DNA of 64,000 bases, taken from contig CALYQQ010000017.1 in NCBI GenBank assembly GCA_945288535.1, positions 1,733-65,732 of the forward strand, read 5' to 3'. Of the stretch, positions 12,031 through 21,113 are shown piece after piece. A model generated the notes under the pieces. It ran no database searches, was not told the origin of the DNA, and worked only from the letters and a program-made list of their open reading frames with translations. The stretch's first letter is position 1, and every line of letters begins with the position of its first letter. A program made the position numbers and the translations under genes. The DNA is from an uncultured Enterobacterales bacterium. Its GTDB lineage: Bacteria; Pseudomonadota; Gammaproteobacteria; Enterobacterales; CALYQQ01.

Positions 12031-12723
12031 ATGAAAATAGCAATTATTGGCGCGATGGAAGAAGAAATTACTTTATTGCGCAGTCAAATGACCTATCGCC
12101 GTTGTTATGAGCTGGCAGCGTGTAAAATATATACAGGTAAACTCCACGGTGCTAAAATTGCATTATTACAATCAGGTATTGGTAAAGTTGCGGCAGCTAT
12201 CGGCACGACACTTTTAATTAATAAAGTCAAACCAACCTATATTATCAATACAGGCTCAGCAGGAGGATTAGCCTCTTCGCTCAATGTTGGTGATATTGTT
12301 GTCTCACAAGAAGTCTGTTATCACGATGTAGATGTAACTGCTTTTGGTTACCAATATGGTCAGTTACCCGGCTGTCCCGCCCGTTTTTCGTCTGATGAAC
12401 ATTTAGTCAATATTGCTGAATGTTGTATCAAGCAATTAAACTTAAACGCAGCACGTGGATTAATTTGTAGTGGTGATGCGTTTATCAATGGTGCGCAACC
12501 ATTAGCTACTATTCAAAAAAATTTTCCTGATGTTGCTGCTGTGGAAATGGAAGCAGCCGCTATTGCGCATACCTGTCATAAATTTACTATTCCATTTGTT
12601 GTTGTTAGAGCTATTTCAGATGTTGCTGACAAACAATCTCATATTAGTTTTGATGAATTTTTACCGATTGCAGCAAAGCAATCATCATTGATGGTTTCAG
12701 CAATGGTTAAAGCGTTGGTATAA
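12031..12723 (+). CDS. mtnN: 5'-methylthioadenosine/S-adenosylhomocysteine nucleosidase
   Basis: [17 protein letters not shown]...[16 protein letters not shown]...[12 protein letters not shown]. The ORF-track start (GTG 12019) is probably 4 codons too long; ATG 12031 matches E. coli Pfs. Confidence 0.93.
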   Translation: MKIAIIGAMEEEITLLRSQMTYRRCYELAACKIYTGKLHGAKIALLQSGIGKVAAAIGTTLLINKVKPTYIINTGSAGGLASSLNVGDIVVSQEVCYHDVDVTAFGYQYGQLPGCPARFSSDEHLVNIAECCIKQLNLNAARGLICSGDAFINGAQPLATIQKNFPDVAAVEMEAAAIAHTCHKFTIPFVVVRAISDVADKQSHISFDEFLPIAAKQSSLMVSAMVKALV

Positions 12724-12729
12724 TGGACT

Positions 12730-13560
12730 ATGCATTTATATAAGGTTTTTTGCATTTTTTTAGTATTATGTAGTTGCAGTGGAGTTTCACTACATGCTGC
12801 AGATCGTATTATCAGTCTTGCACCCCATACGACAGAATTAGCTTACGCCGCGGGATTAGGTAATAAATTAGTTGCAGCAAGTGCATGGTCTAATTATCCA
12901 GAAGAAGCAAAAAATCTTGAAAAAGTTGCATCCTGGCAAGGCATTAACTTGGAAAAAGTTATTGCATTAAAACCTGATCTGATATTGGCCTGGCGCGGTA
13001 GTAATCCACAACGTATTCTTGATCAACTAGCGAATTTAGGTATTCCTATTTTTTATTCTAATCCATTATCCATTAATGATATTGCAAATGAGATTATGAT
13101 GTTAGGTCAATATGCCGATAACGCTGATTATGCGAAAACGTCAGCACAACAATTGCTACGCCAGGCTTCAAAATTGCGCCAACGCTATCATTCGTCAACA
13201 CCGATAAAAGTTATGTTACAAGTAAGTAATCAACCTATTATTGTTGCGTCGGCAGCTACATTACAAAATGAAATTTTACAATTATGTGGTGCAGAAAATA
13301 TTTTTAGTACGAGTTCAGTTGCTTGGCCACAAGTAAGCCGAGAACAAGTAGTTGATCGTCATCCTCAAGCAATTATTATTGGTGGTACACTGTCTCATGT
13401 GGCTCATATTCAAGCATTTTGGCAACCACTCATTAAAATACCTGTTATTACTATTCCTGAAGACTGGTTGTATCGAAGTGGTCCACGAATTATTTTAGCT
13501 GCAGAGACTCTCTGTCAACAATTAGAATTAACTTTTCCTCATATTATGGAGTCTAAGTAA
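12730..13560 (+). CDS. btuF: Vitamin B12 periplasmic binding protein BtuF
   Basis: Signal peptide, then RIISLAPHTTELAYAAG, KPDLILAWRG, WPQVSREQV and GPRIILAAETLC. Collinear with E. coli BtuF and in the mtn-btuF-yadS context. Confidence 0.9.
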   Translation: MHLYKVFCIFLVLCSCSGVSLHAADRIISLAPHTTELAYAAGLGNKLVAASAWSNYPEEAKNLEKVASWQGINLEKVIALKPDLILAWRGSNPQRILDQLANLGIPIFYSNPLSINDIANEIMMLGQYADNADYAKTSAQQLLRQASKLRQRYHSSTPIKVMLQVSNQPIIVASAATLQNEILQLCGAENIFSTSSVAWPQVSREQVVDRHPQAIIIGGTLSHVAHIQAFWQPLIKIPVITIPEDWLYRSGPRIILAAETLCQQLELTFPHIMESK

Positions 13561-14207
13561 TGTATGTTTTTTGGCTTGATATATTAGGCACTATAGTATT
13601 CGCTATATCAGGTGTTTTATTAGCTGGTAAACTACGTATGGATGTATTTGGCGTACTTGTACTCGGTGTTGTTACTGCCATTGGTGGGGGAACATTTCGC
13701 GATATGGCATTAAATAATGGCCCTGTATTTTGGATAAAGGATCCTACTGATTTAGTCGTCGCATTGTTAACGTGTGTTGCAACAATCATTTTTGTCCGAC
13801 AACCAAAAAGATTGCCTAGCTGGATATTACCTGTATTAGATGCAATCGGTTTGGCGGTATTTGTTGGTATTGGAATAAATAAAGCATTTGCTTGTCATAC
13901 TGGTGCGTTAGTTGCCGTTTGTATGGGGGTATTAACCGGCATTGGTGGTGGCATTATTCGCGACATGCTGGCCCGGCAGATCCCTTTGATTTTATGTACC
14001 GAAATATATGCCACAGCCTGTATTATCGGTGGAGCAGTACATGCAATTAGCCATTATTATTGGGGGGTGCCATTAGAAAAAGCAATGCTAATTGGTATGG
14101 CTATTACATTAGTTATTCGCCTAGTAGCAATACGCTGGGATCTTAGGCTACCGGCATTTACACTTAATTCAGATAACAACCACTCGCTATCCAATCATCA
14201 GCGCTAA
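13560..14207 (+). CDS. yadS: UPF0126 (TRIC-like) inner membrane protein YadS
   Basis: MYVFWLDILGTIVFAISGVLLAGKLRMDVFGVLVLGVVTAIGGGTFRDM and a second GGGIIRDML repeat. Near-identical pattern to E. coli YadS. The start overlaps the btuF stop. Confidence 0.87.
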   Translation: MYVFWLDILGTIVFAISGVLLAGKLRMDVFGVLVLGVVTAIGGGTFRDMALNNGPVFWIKDPTDLVVALLTCVATIIFVRQPKRLPSWILPVLDAIGLAVFVGIGINKAFACHTGALVAVCMGVLTGIGGGIIRDMLARQIPLILCTEIYATACIIGGAVHAISHYYWGVPLEKAMLIGMAITLVIRLVAIRWDLRLPAFTLNSDNNHSLSNHQR

Positions 14208-14275
14208 TTTATTAATAAATAACCGACAGTAAATAAATTTAACGAAGAAACTATCAAAACTGTCGGTTATGACAA

Positions 14276-14614
14276 CTAAATACTAAACGAAGAACCACAA
14301 CCACATGTATTTTTAGCATTAGGATTATTCACGATAAACCGAGAACCTTCTAATCCTTCCGTATAATCAACGGTTCCACCGATTAAATACTGTAAACTCA
14401 TAGGATCAACCACTAAAGAAACTCCATGCTTTTCAATACGTGTATCACCTTCATTTATTTTTTCATCAAATGTAAAACCATACTGAAAACCGCTACATCC
14501 ACCACCTGTAATATAGACACGTAGCATTAAATTAGGATTCTCTTCATCAGCAATTAACGCCTTCACTTTATTAGCCGCAGCATCGGTAAATTGTAAAGGC
14601 AATATGTCACTCAT
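14276..14614 (-). CDS. erpA: Iron-sulfur cluster insertion protein ErpA (A-type carrier)
   Basis: [49 protein letters not shown]. The start is taken at MSD (14614), not the ORF-track start at 14626. Confidence 0.95.
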   Translation of the reverse strand: MSDILPLQFTDAAANKVKALIADEENPNLMLRVYITGGGCSGFQYGFTFDEKINEGDTRIEKHGVSLVVDPMSLQYLIGGTVDYTEGLEGSRFIVNNPNAKNTCGCGSSFSI

Positions 14615-15078
14615 AATGTGCTCCAATGAAAAATAATGATTATATGATAAGTTAATTACTTATATATCATATAAAAATTATCGATAATACCAAAATAATA
14701 AACTATAAACCGTTCCAGCATATTAGAAGTGCCTGTTAACGCGACTAAAGCCAAATTACGTACTTTGGGTAGCAAGAACAGTTAATTAAATATCCTTATA
14801 ATAATTAGCATTATCTAATACCTGACTAACACATTCAAGTCTTGGATAGTACTCTCCGAGATAACCTCTATAGTAATAATGTATAAGTTATAACATGATG
14901 ATTAACATCATTATTTACTATTTATAAATGCTATTACTTGATGAGGTTATTATTTTTTATTTAATGATCATTTTAAATATGTGTTTATCATCATTATGAT
15001 ATTCATTTATATTACACTAGTTATTTGCATGACTAACAGATTAAGCATAAGGGTATTACTTTGGATCAGGAATTAATT

Positions 15079-16359
15079 ATGAATCATTCACAACACCTAT
15101 ATAAGCAAGCTCAAAATACGATCCCTGGCGGCGTTAACTCTCCTGTAAGAGCCTTTTCTGGTGTGGGTGGAACACCTGTATTTATTGAGCGCGCGGATGG
15201 TGCTTACCTTTATGATGTTGATGGTAATAGATATATTGATTATGTGGGATCATGGGGACCGATGATCCTAGGCCACAATGATAATAAAATAAAAAAGGCG
15301 GTAATAGAGGCTATTGAAAATGGTTTAAGTTTTGGTGCCCCAACAGAAATAGAAGTAAAAATTGCCAATCTTATTGTTGAATTAATACCTTCTATAGATA
15401 AGGTCCGCATGGTCAATTCTGGCACAGAAGCTACGATGAGTGCCATACGTCTTGCTAGAGGCTTTACCGGGCGTGATAAAATTATTAAATTTGAAGGATG
15501 TTATCATGGCCATGCTGATTGCCTATTAGTGAAAGCTGGTTCAGGTGCATTAACGTTTGGTCAACCCAACTCTCCTGGTGTTCCTGCTGATTTCGCTAAG
15601 CATACACTAACTTGCGCTTATAACGATTTAAACTCCGTTAAAACGACATTTGAACAATATCCTGAACAAATAGCGTGTATTATTGTGGAACCTGTTGCGG
15701 GTAACATGAATTGTATTCCTCCAATGGAGGGGTTTTTACAAGGATTACGTCACTTATGCGATCAATATGGTGCTTTACTTATTATTGATGAAGTTATGAC
15801 AGGGTTTCGTGTTGCTTTAGGTGGCGCGCAATCTTATTACCAGGTTACCCCGGATTTAACTTGTTTAGGAAAAATTATTGGTGGCGGAATGCCTGTTGGT
15901 GCCTTTGGTGGTCGTAAAGAGATTATGGATAAACTTGCGCCTGAAGGTCCTATTTATCAAGCGGGTACATTATCTGGAAATCCTATCGCTATGGCAGCGG
16001 GTTATGCTTGTCTAACTCAATTAACCGATGTTAGCTCGTATCAAAAGCTTAATGCATTAACAACTGAATTAACAACTGGCTTACAACAAGTTGCATTAGA
16101 AAAAAATATTCCGTTGGTAACTAATCAAGTCGGAGGAATGTTTGGACTCTTTTTTACAGACGCCAAACAGGTAAATCATTATCATGATGTGATGCAATGT
16201 GATATTGAACGATTTAAACGTTTCTTTCATTTAATGCTAGAACAAGGTATTTATTTTGCCCCTTCTGCTTTTGAAGCAGGCTTTATGTCGCTTGCGCATA
16301 CCCGTGATGATATCCAACATACGATTGATGCCGCAAGATATAGCTTCTCCAAACTTTAA
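15079..16359 (+). CDS. hemL: Glutamate-1-semialdehyde 2,1-aminomutase
   Basis: [32 protein letters not shown] and [12 protein letters not shown] at 15079 with AGGAA 7 nt upstream; the ORF-track TTG at 15061 is probably too long. Confidence 0.95.
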   Translation: MNHSQHLYKQAQNTIPGGVNSPVRAFSGVGGTPVFIERADGAYLYDVDGNRYIDYVGSWGPMILGHNDNKIKKAVIEAIENGLSFGAPTEIEVKIANLIVELIPSIDKVRMVNSGTEATMSAIRLARGFTGRDKIIKFEGCYHGHADCLLVKAGSGALTFGQPNSPGVPADFAKHTLTCAYNDLNSVKTTFEQYPEQIACIIVEPVAGNMNCIPPMEGFLQGLRHLCDQYGALLIIDEVMTGFRVALGGAQSYYQVTPDLTCLGKIIGGGMPVGAFGGRKEIMDKLAPEGPIYQAGTLSGNPIAMAAGYACLTQLTDVSSYQKLNALTTELTTGLQQVALEKNIPLVTNQVGGMFGLFFTDAKQVNHYHDVMQCDIERFKRFFHLMLEQGIYFAPSAFEAGFMSLAHTRDDIQHTIDAARYSFSKL

Positions 16360-16383
16360 TAAATTTAAATTTACATAATAACT

Positions 16384-16414
16384 AAAAACCAAGAACGGAT
16401 TGTTCTCGGTTTTT
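16384..16414 (+). terminator. Rho-independent terminator after hemL
   Basis: AAAAACCAAGAAC-GGATT-GTTCTCGGTTTTT hairpin with one mismatch, 25 nt after the hemL stop. Confidence 0.55.
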
Positions 16415-16658
16415 AGTTTATGTTCTATAACAATAATACTTTGTCTAAGTCTAATAAATAATAGCTTTTATAGCATTATATCTATATAAATAATTTTTAT
16501 TATCATTTATATAAAATTCTTGTTATTGTGCTATAAAATACCGTAGTTTGTTAAAATAAATAACATATTAGCAAATAACTTAATTCTATTTTTAGAATAG
16601 TAATCAAATAATAACTATTTTTTGATTTGCTTTTTTATTACCATGATGGTTTTATTTA

Positions 16659-17012
16659 TTAGCTACGACTTACCAAACATACATCAAAATGCAAGTTATC
16701 TTTCATTATTTTTACCACATTTTGAAAAGCATAATTAATAGAGGATAAGTCACCGCTTACAATGACGGTACCACTATTTCTATCAACAAAATCTACAGAA
16801 ATAACCCCTGACTTAATTGCGAGATCACTTGCTATAATAGCCGCTTCAGCAGGTATTATATTAATAATACCAAGTGATTGTTCATCTTCATTAAGACCTA
16901 ATTTTTTATAGGTTTCACGATCTGGTCTGGCAATAATGTGCGCTAACGTAATACATCGACTAGAATGAGTTTGTCTAATCGCATGTTCTGATTGAATGAC
17001 TTCATTTAACAT
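16659..17012 (-). CDS. pduU: Circularly permuted BMC shell protein, PduU/EutS-like
   Basis: CITLAHIIARPDRETYKKLGL..LGIINIIPAEAAIIASDLAIKSG..VDFVDRNSGTVIVSGDLSSINYA aligns along its length with remembered PduU/EutS (VTLAHLIA.P...KKLG...IGI..P.E..IA.D.A.K...F.DR.SG). ATG at 17012 has AGGA 6 nt upstream. The ORF-track GTG at 17036 adds 8 codons. Confidence 0.8.
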   Translation of the reverse strand: MLNEVIQSEHAIRQTHSSRCITLAHIIARPDRETYKKLGLNEDEQSLGIINIIPAEAAIIASDLAIKSGVISVDFVDRNSGTVIVSGDLSSINYAFQNVVKIMKDNLHFDVCLVSRS

Positions 17013-17294
17013 AATTAATCCTGTTTTTCTAATCACTACATAATACTAATAAAATTAACTTTCGCTATAATATTACCTAAATTTTTATTTTATTTTTCTT
17101 AATAAGAATATTACTTTACCTTATGTTGTCTTAGTATTATCAAAAGATAAATTCAACTGTAGGTAAATAGTTAAATTATGCATTACGTTTTATATGAAAT
17201 AATTATAATAATTAATTACTTGATATAATGTGCGATAAATCTATCTAAATAACAATTCAAAATATGAAGAAATTTAAAATTATTACAAATAGTT

Positions 17295-17801
17295 TTATCG
17301 ATTTGATAACCTGATAATAGTAATATTATTTTGCTTTAATACATCCATTGCTAATGGGGTGATTATTGTATCATTCGTTATTAATAAATAATCACCCTGT
17401 AATGTACAACATTTATGATAAGAAAGTAATGGGTCGGTAAAGAAAAATAGTATCTTACCCGCATGATCTTTAAATTTTACAGGCAATTGACTGAGTAAAT
17501 TATAAGGTAGTTGTTCTAACTTATTTATATCAGTAACTAGCGTTACTTCAACCGCAAATGATAATGCTTGATAGAAAGCATTTACCGCAGGATCGCTAAT
17601 ATCAGCCAAACAAAGTTTTGATAAAAAATCCACGGTTGAAACAATGAGTTGCATATGACCATATATAAGCCAAGATGAATCTGTCACCATTATTAATTGT
17701 GACTGAGCAATATGTAATGTGGTTTGTTGTCGTTGATGAAGCCGTTCTATGATTTTCTGTGTCACCTTAGACAACATATTATTTATATTTTTATCATCCA
17801 T
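17295..17801 (-). CDS. PduM-like microcompartment structural protein (tentative)
   Basis: 168 aa, close to the roughly 163 aa I recall for PduM. It sits between the PduD-like and PduU-like genes, as in the pdu operon order. It has an amphipathic N-terminus (MLSKVTQKIIERLHQR), and its C-terminal LLSY...TLQG..L......IITPLA.DVLKQNNITIIR resembles my recollection of Salmonella PduM. No clear SD upstream. Confidence 0.45.
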   Translation of the reverse strand: MDDKNINNMLSKVTQKIIERLHQRQQTTLHIAQSQLIMVTDSSWLIYGHMQLIVSTVDFLSKLCLADISDPAVNAFYQALSFAVEVTLVTDINKLEQLPYNLLSQLPVKFKDHAGKILFFFTDPLLSYHKCCTLQGDYLLITNDTIITPLAMDVLKQNNITIIRLSNR

Positions 17802-17901
17802 TTATAATTGCGAATATTTGCTTAATCAATTTTAGGAGCCATAAAAGAATTTGTATTTATTATCTTTTAAGTATAGTTCTACCTAAATAAACTATAAAAA
17901 T

Positions 17902-18720
17902 TCAAATGTTATATTGGCTATTATTTGCAATGTCATCCTCATAGTTTTTCCTAAAGGATAATTCATAAGGGTCTTCACCTTCAATTAAAGCATTTTGTTC
18001 TGCTTGATAAAATCGCATTAATTCTTGTTGATAAGGTATGCTAGTGTAGTGGTTCGATGTAAAATAAAGTGGTTCACTACATTGCCGAGTGAGATATTGT
18101 GCGGCATGATTACCTATTTGGCGAAAACGCAGTGGTATCATTAAAGCTATATCTGCAAATATTTCTATTACACTATATTCATTTGGTCGCTGTAAATGAA
18201 GTAGTATTGAACCAGTGGATTGTATGGTAATCACTGATCCAGAACCACTTAAATTTCGAGCTTTATTAGCAATCGATAATAAATTAACATGATCACAAAC
18301 ACGAACAAGCCGGTAATCTATTTTTTGTAATTCAAGGCCCAGAATAAGTTCTTTTAAAATTTGACGATGTGGAATACCAAATAGAGAATGTTTTATTTGA
18401 CTGGCAAATGCAGGACTCACAGCAATAATAATTTCATTTTTATTATTAACATATTGTGCCATTCCTTTATAAATTAAGTCATTTTTTAAATAGTTATCTT
18501 TAATAGGTGTAGATAATGCAGAAGGCATTATTTTATTATGCTTAACGGCTGCAATATTATCTTTTTTTATGATTTTATTGTTCTCATTATAGTTTACACA
18601 GGATAATGATAATTCGGACTGTTGTTCTTTTATATTAGCAGAGAGTACTGCTAACTCATTGGGCATATCATCAAGTACTGACTTAATTAATTCTTTTAAA
18701 AGTTTTTCATTAATTGTCAT
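17902..18720 (-). CDS. pduD: Diol/glycerol dehydratase medium (beta) subunit-like protein with N-terminal encapsulation peptide, PduD-like
   Basis: The N-terminus MTINEKLLKELIKSVLDDM compares with the Salmonella PduD targeting peptide MEINEKLLRQIIEDVLRDM. The core EIIIAVSPAF..GIPHRQILKELILGLE..RLVRV..NLSGSGSVITIQSTGS..RFRQIGNHAAQY matches the dehydratase beta-subunit pattern (VIIAVGPAF..LSGSG..IQSKG..YRQIGKNAARY). Confidence 0.8.
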   Translation of the reverse strand: MTINEKLLKELIKSVLDDMPNELAVLSANIKEQQSELSLSCVNYNENNKIIKKDNIAAVKHNKIMPSALSTPIKDNYLKNDLIYKGMAQYVNNKNEIIIAVSPAFASQIKHSLFGIPHRQILKELILGLELQKIDYRLVRVCDHVNLLSIANKARNLSGSGSVITIQSTGSILLHLQRPNEYSVIEIFADIALMIPLRFRQIGNHAAQYLTRQCSEPLYFTSNHYTSIPYQQELMRFYQAEQNALIEGEDPYELSFRKNYEDDIANNSQYNI

Positions 18721-18796
18721 GAATAGCTCTTCTTTTTGTCCTAAACAACATATTTTTACCTAAAATCAAAAGATAATTATGTTATAACATTACTTA

Positions 18797-19606
18797 TTAT
18801 GTTTCTGATACGAACAAATGCCCACGTATTAACGCCCCTTGTTGTCGAATATAATCCATCGCATAACGAATTTCATTAATTCCACCACTAATAACTAACT
18901 TACCTGAATTAATTGAATGGTGATGATTTAAAGGCAAATCACAATGATTAATCGTAACGGGATATAAGTTAGTAAGCTGATTAAATAGAAATAAAGCAAG
19001 TGCTGCTGGCGCAACATTAATTATAGCGCAAGCTGCATTTGTTGGTATTTGATACTGTTTTTTTAGTAACTCACCTGCCATACTGCAATATTGCCACTCC
19101 ATATACCCAACATCAAAATAATACGTTGTTTTTGATCGTTGTGTTATGTCAGTGAGAATATGTTGTATAACATTTTCAAGTTCAGATAAGTTATTAGAGG
19201 CTAATATTGTCAAAGCTGCATAGCCTATCTGGCTAAATGGATCTTTTGGTTGAGAAAAATGTAATAAATGGCAGTTTGCATGTCTAATACCCTGATCAAC
19301 TGCCATAAGGTGGCCAAAAATATGCTGTGTAGAACTAATAATTCCTATTGATTGCTCATTATTATTAGATGTGATAAAAGACAAAAGATGTGGACTAACG
19401 CGAGGAATCATTAAACCTATACTATGATGCGAAGAAGCATTAACAATAGTAGGCATACTTTCATTAGATAAGAAGAGTGACTGAAGAGACGTTGGACATT
19501 CTCTTAATGATGAAGCAATACTGTTTTTCTCTTTTTCTAATGATTGTTCTTGTAAAGAAGCAAGTACTTTTGCCATAAGTTGATCGACGAGTTGCTCAGA
19601 TACCAT
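18797..19606 (-). CDS. pduB: Tandem-domain BMC shell protein (BMC-T), PduB-like, highly diverged
   Basis: 269 aa, against roughly 270 aa for PduB. Matches to remembered PduB: MVSEQLVDQLMAKVLASL vs MSSNELVEQIMAQVIARV; SIGIISSTQHIFGHLMAVDQGIRHAN vs SIGILGARTGAGPHIMAADEAVKATN; GYMEWQYCSMAGELLKKQYQIPTNAACAIINVAPA vs GHIELQYTARASYALEKAFGAPIGRACGIIVGAPA; KLVISGGINEIRYA vs ILVISGDSGAVRQA. The start overlaps the PduA-like stop (ATGGTATCTGA). Confidence 0.75.
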   Translation of the reverse strand: MVSEQLVDQLMAKVLASLQEQSLEKEKNSIASSLRECPTSLQSLFLSNESMPTIVNASSHHSIGLMIPRVSPHLLSFITSNNNEQSIGIISSTQHIFGHLMAVDQGIRHANCHLLHFSQPKDPFSQIGYAALTILASNNLSELENVIQHILTDITQRSKTTYYFDVGYMEWQYCSMAGELLKKQYQIPTNAACAIINVAPAALALFLFNQLTNLYPVTINHCDLPLNHHHSINSGKLVISGGINEIRYAMDYIRQQGALIRGHLFVSET

Positions 19607-19895
19607 TTTGCAACCCTTCTAATAAATGCTTTTCAAGATCGGCATGCAAACGGGGAATAACATGCACTGATGTTACTTTTCCTAAGGTAGCAGCAGCGAC
19701 AGCACCTGCATCAGTTGCTTCTTTGACTGAACCAATATCACCGCAAATAATGACAGTAACAATACCAGATCCACTATGTTTATACCCCACTAAGGTCACA
19801 TTAGCTGTTTGTAACATTATATTTGCAGCTTCAATAGCACTAATTAATCCTTTTGTTTCAATAAACCCAAAAGCACTTTTATGTATTGTCTTCAT
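19596..19895 (-). CDS. pduA: BMC-H hexameric shell protein, PduA/PduJ/EutM-like
   Basis: FGFIETKGLISAIEAANIMLQTANVTLVGYKHSGSGIVTVIICGDIGSVKEATDAGAVAAATLGKVTSVHVIPRLH is a canonical BMC (PF00936-type) domain very close to PduA. GAGG SD 4 nt before the ATG. Confidence 0.9.
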   Translation of the reverse strand: MKTIHKSAFGFIETKGLISAIEAANIMLQTANVTLVGYKHSGSGIVTVIICGDIGSVKEATDAGAVAAATLGKVTSVHVIPRLHADLEKHLLEGLQNGI

Positions 19896-20420
19896 ATTAC
19901 CTCAAGCAAACTAAACATTACTAAATGACATAAATAAATGACGTTATAGAATGAATATATTCAGATATGAGCAGCGTTATTATTAATAAAAAATGTGTGT
20001 TTATTGAGCTATTTATCTGTTTTCAATTAGTAACAAAAATATAAGTCTGAAAAGATAATAATGATTTATTTAATTAATGACATTATTCTAAAATAAGATA
20101 CGCTAAATACTCCTTGTTATACAATAGATAATCTACAATAAAAATGAAATAAAGTATAATTTACTGTTTTTATTGATAACGATAATAAAATAACTCTAAT
20201 TTTAAAAAGCCCTAAAGATAATTTCTATTTGTCATTATTAATAATAATAAAATTCGTATAGATTAAACAATTAGCATTTTTTATTATAGTTAATTTTCAC
20301 TAATAATGTAATGAATTGTTATATAAGTTCTTCTATAATTTACAATATAAAGGGAACTTTTTATTAATAACTAATTCCAATAATGAATTCATAATTAAAG
20401 TTATAAAGGACACAACTCGC

Positions 20421-21113
20421 ATGCGCAATATTTTGCCGATTATTTTACTCAGTTTATTAAGTATGACGTCGTTTTTTGTACAGAGTAAACCTAAGTTTAT
20501 ATGCCCAGTGAATCCTAGTTATGATATTACCGTCACACCACAAACAGTGTTGATCACTCAACAGGATAAAAATATAATTATTTATCCGAACGGACAAATA
20601 TGGGTTAATGGTAATCATTTAGCGAAACTTTCGTCAAAAGATCAGGTGATGGCACAAAAATATCAATCTTATTTACGTACTCGGTTACCTCAATTAGAAA
20701 AAGAAGCTAATGGACATCTAATTGATTTAAAAAACCATTTTGACTCTGTTATTGCAAACCGTCTAGAAAGTAATACCTATTTATCTAATGAATTAAATGC
20801 TCTTTTTGATAAATTAATCATATTATTTCATAAAAGTATTTCTACAAAAAATAATACGACAAAATTTAATCACAATGAATATAATTTATTACGATCTAAT
20901 GGGGAAAAAATAGTTAAAGATACTTTCTTTTCTTTAATTGGTAGTAGTATTAAAAATATGGATTTATTCAAAAATTATAGGAACCTTAAGGCTATTGCTA
21001 ATCAGGAGTGGCGGAAAAAGAAACAGAAATTAAAAGATTTTGATCAAACCTTATGTCAAGACTTTACTTTTATAGAAGAACGTAACAATGAATTCTTTAC
21101 ACAAGTACCTTAA
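20421..21113 (+). CDS. Secreted/periplasmic protein, YggN/DUF2884-like (tentative)
   Basis: MRNILPIILLSLLSMTSFFVQS signal peptide, with ATG 20421 and AAAGGA 10 nt upstream. The ORF-track start at 20316 is unlikely. Architecture from recollection of YggN: Cys near the N-terminus, YPNGQIWVNG..L, Y..YLRTRLPQL, and C-terminal QEW...LKDFDQTLCQDF. Confidence 0.45.
   Translation: MRNILPIILLSLLSMTSFFVQSKPKFICPVNPSYDITVTPQTVLITQQDKNIIIYPNGQIWVNGNHLAKLSSKDQVMAQKYQSYLRTRLPQLEKEANGHLIDLKNHFDSVIANRLESNTYLSNELNALFDKLIILFHKSISTKNNTTKFNHNEYNLLRSNGEKIVKDTFFSLIGSSIKNMDLFKNYRNLKAIANQEWRKKKQKLKDFDQTLCQDFTFIEERNNEFFTQVP

Noticed and set aside
14221-14268. 9-bp inverted repeat AACCGACAG / CTGTCGGTT between convergent yadS and erpA.
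   Set aside because: The loop is about 30 nt and there is no clear T-run. It could be a weak bidirectional terminator, but support is insufficient to call it.
20173-20187. 15-mer TTGATAACGATAATA occurs twice (20173-20187 and 35297-35311) and resembles tandem GATAAT Fur-box hexamers. This was tempting because the fhu locus was replaced nearby.
   Set aside because: Only about 12 of 19 positions match the Fur consensus, and both copies lie in very AT-rich spacers where such matches are expected. There is no adjacent iron-related gene.
20316-20420. Upstream extension of the DUF2884-like ORF (MLYKFFYNLQYKGNF...).
   Set aside because: The extension starts at TTG in pure AT-rich DNA with no SD. 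The ATG at 20421 has an SD and yields a proper signal peptide.
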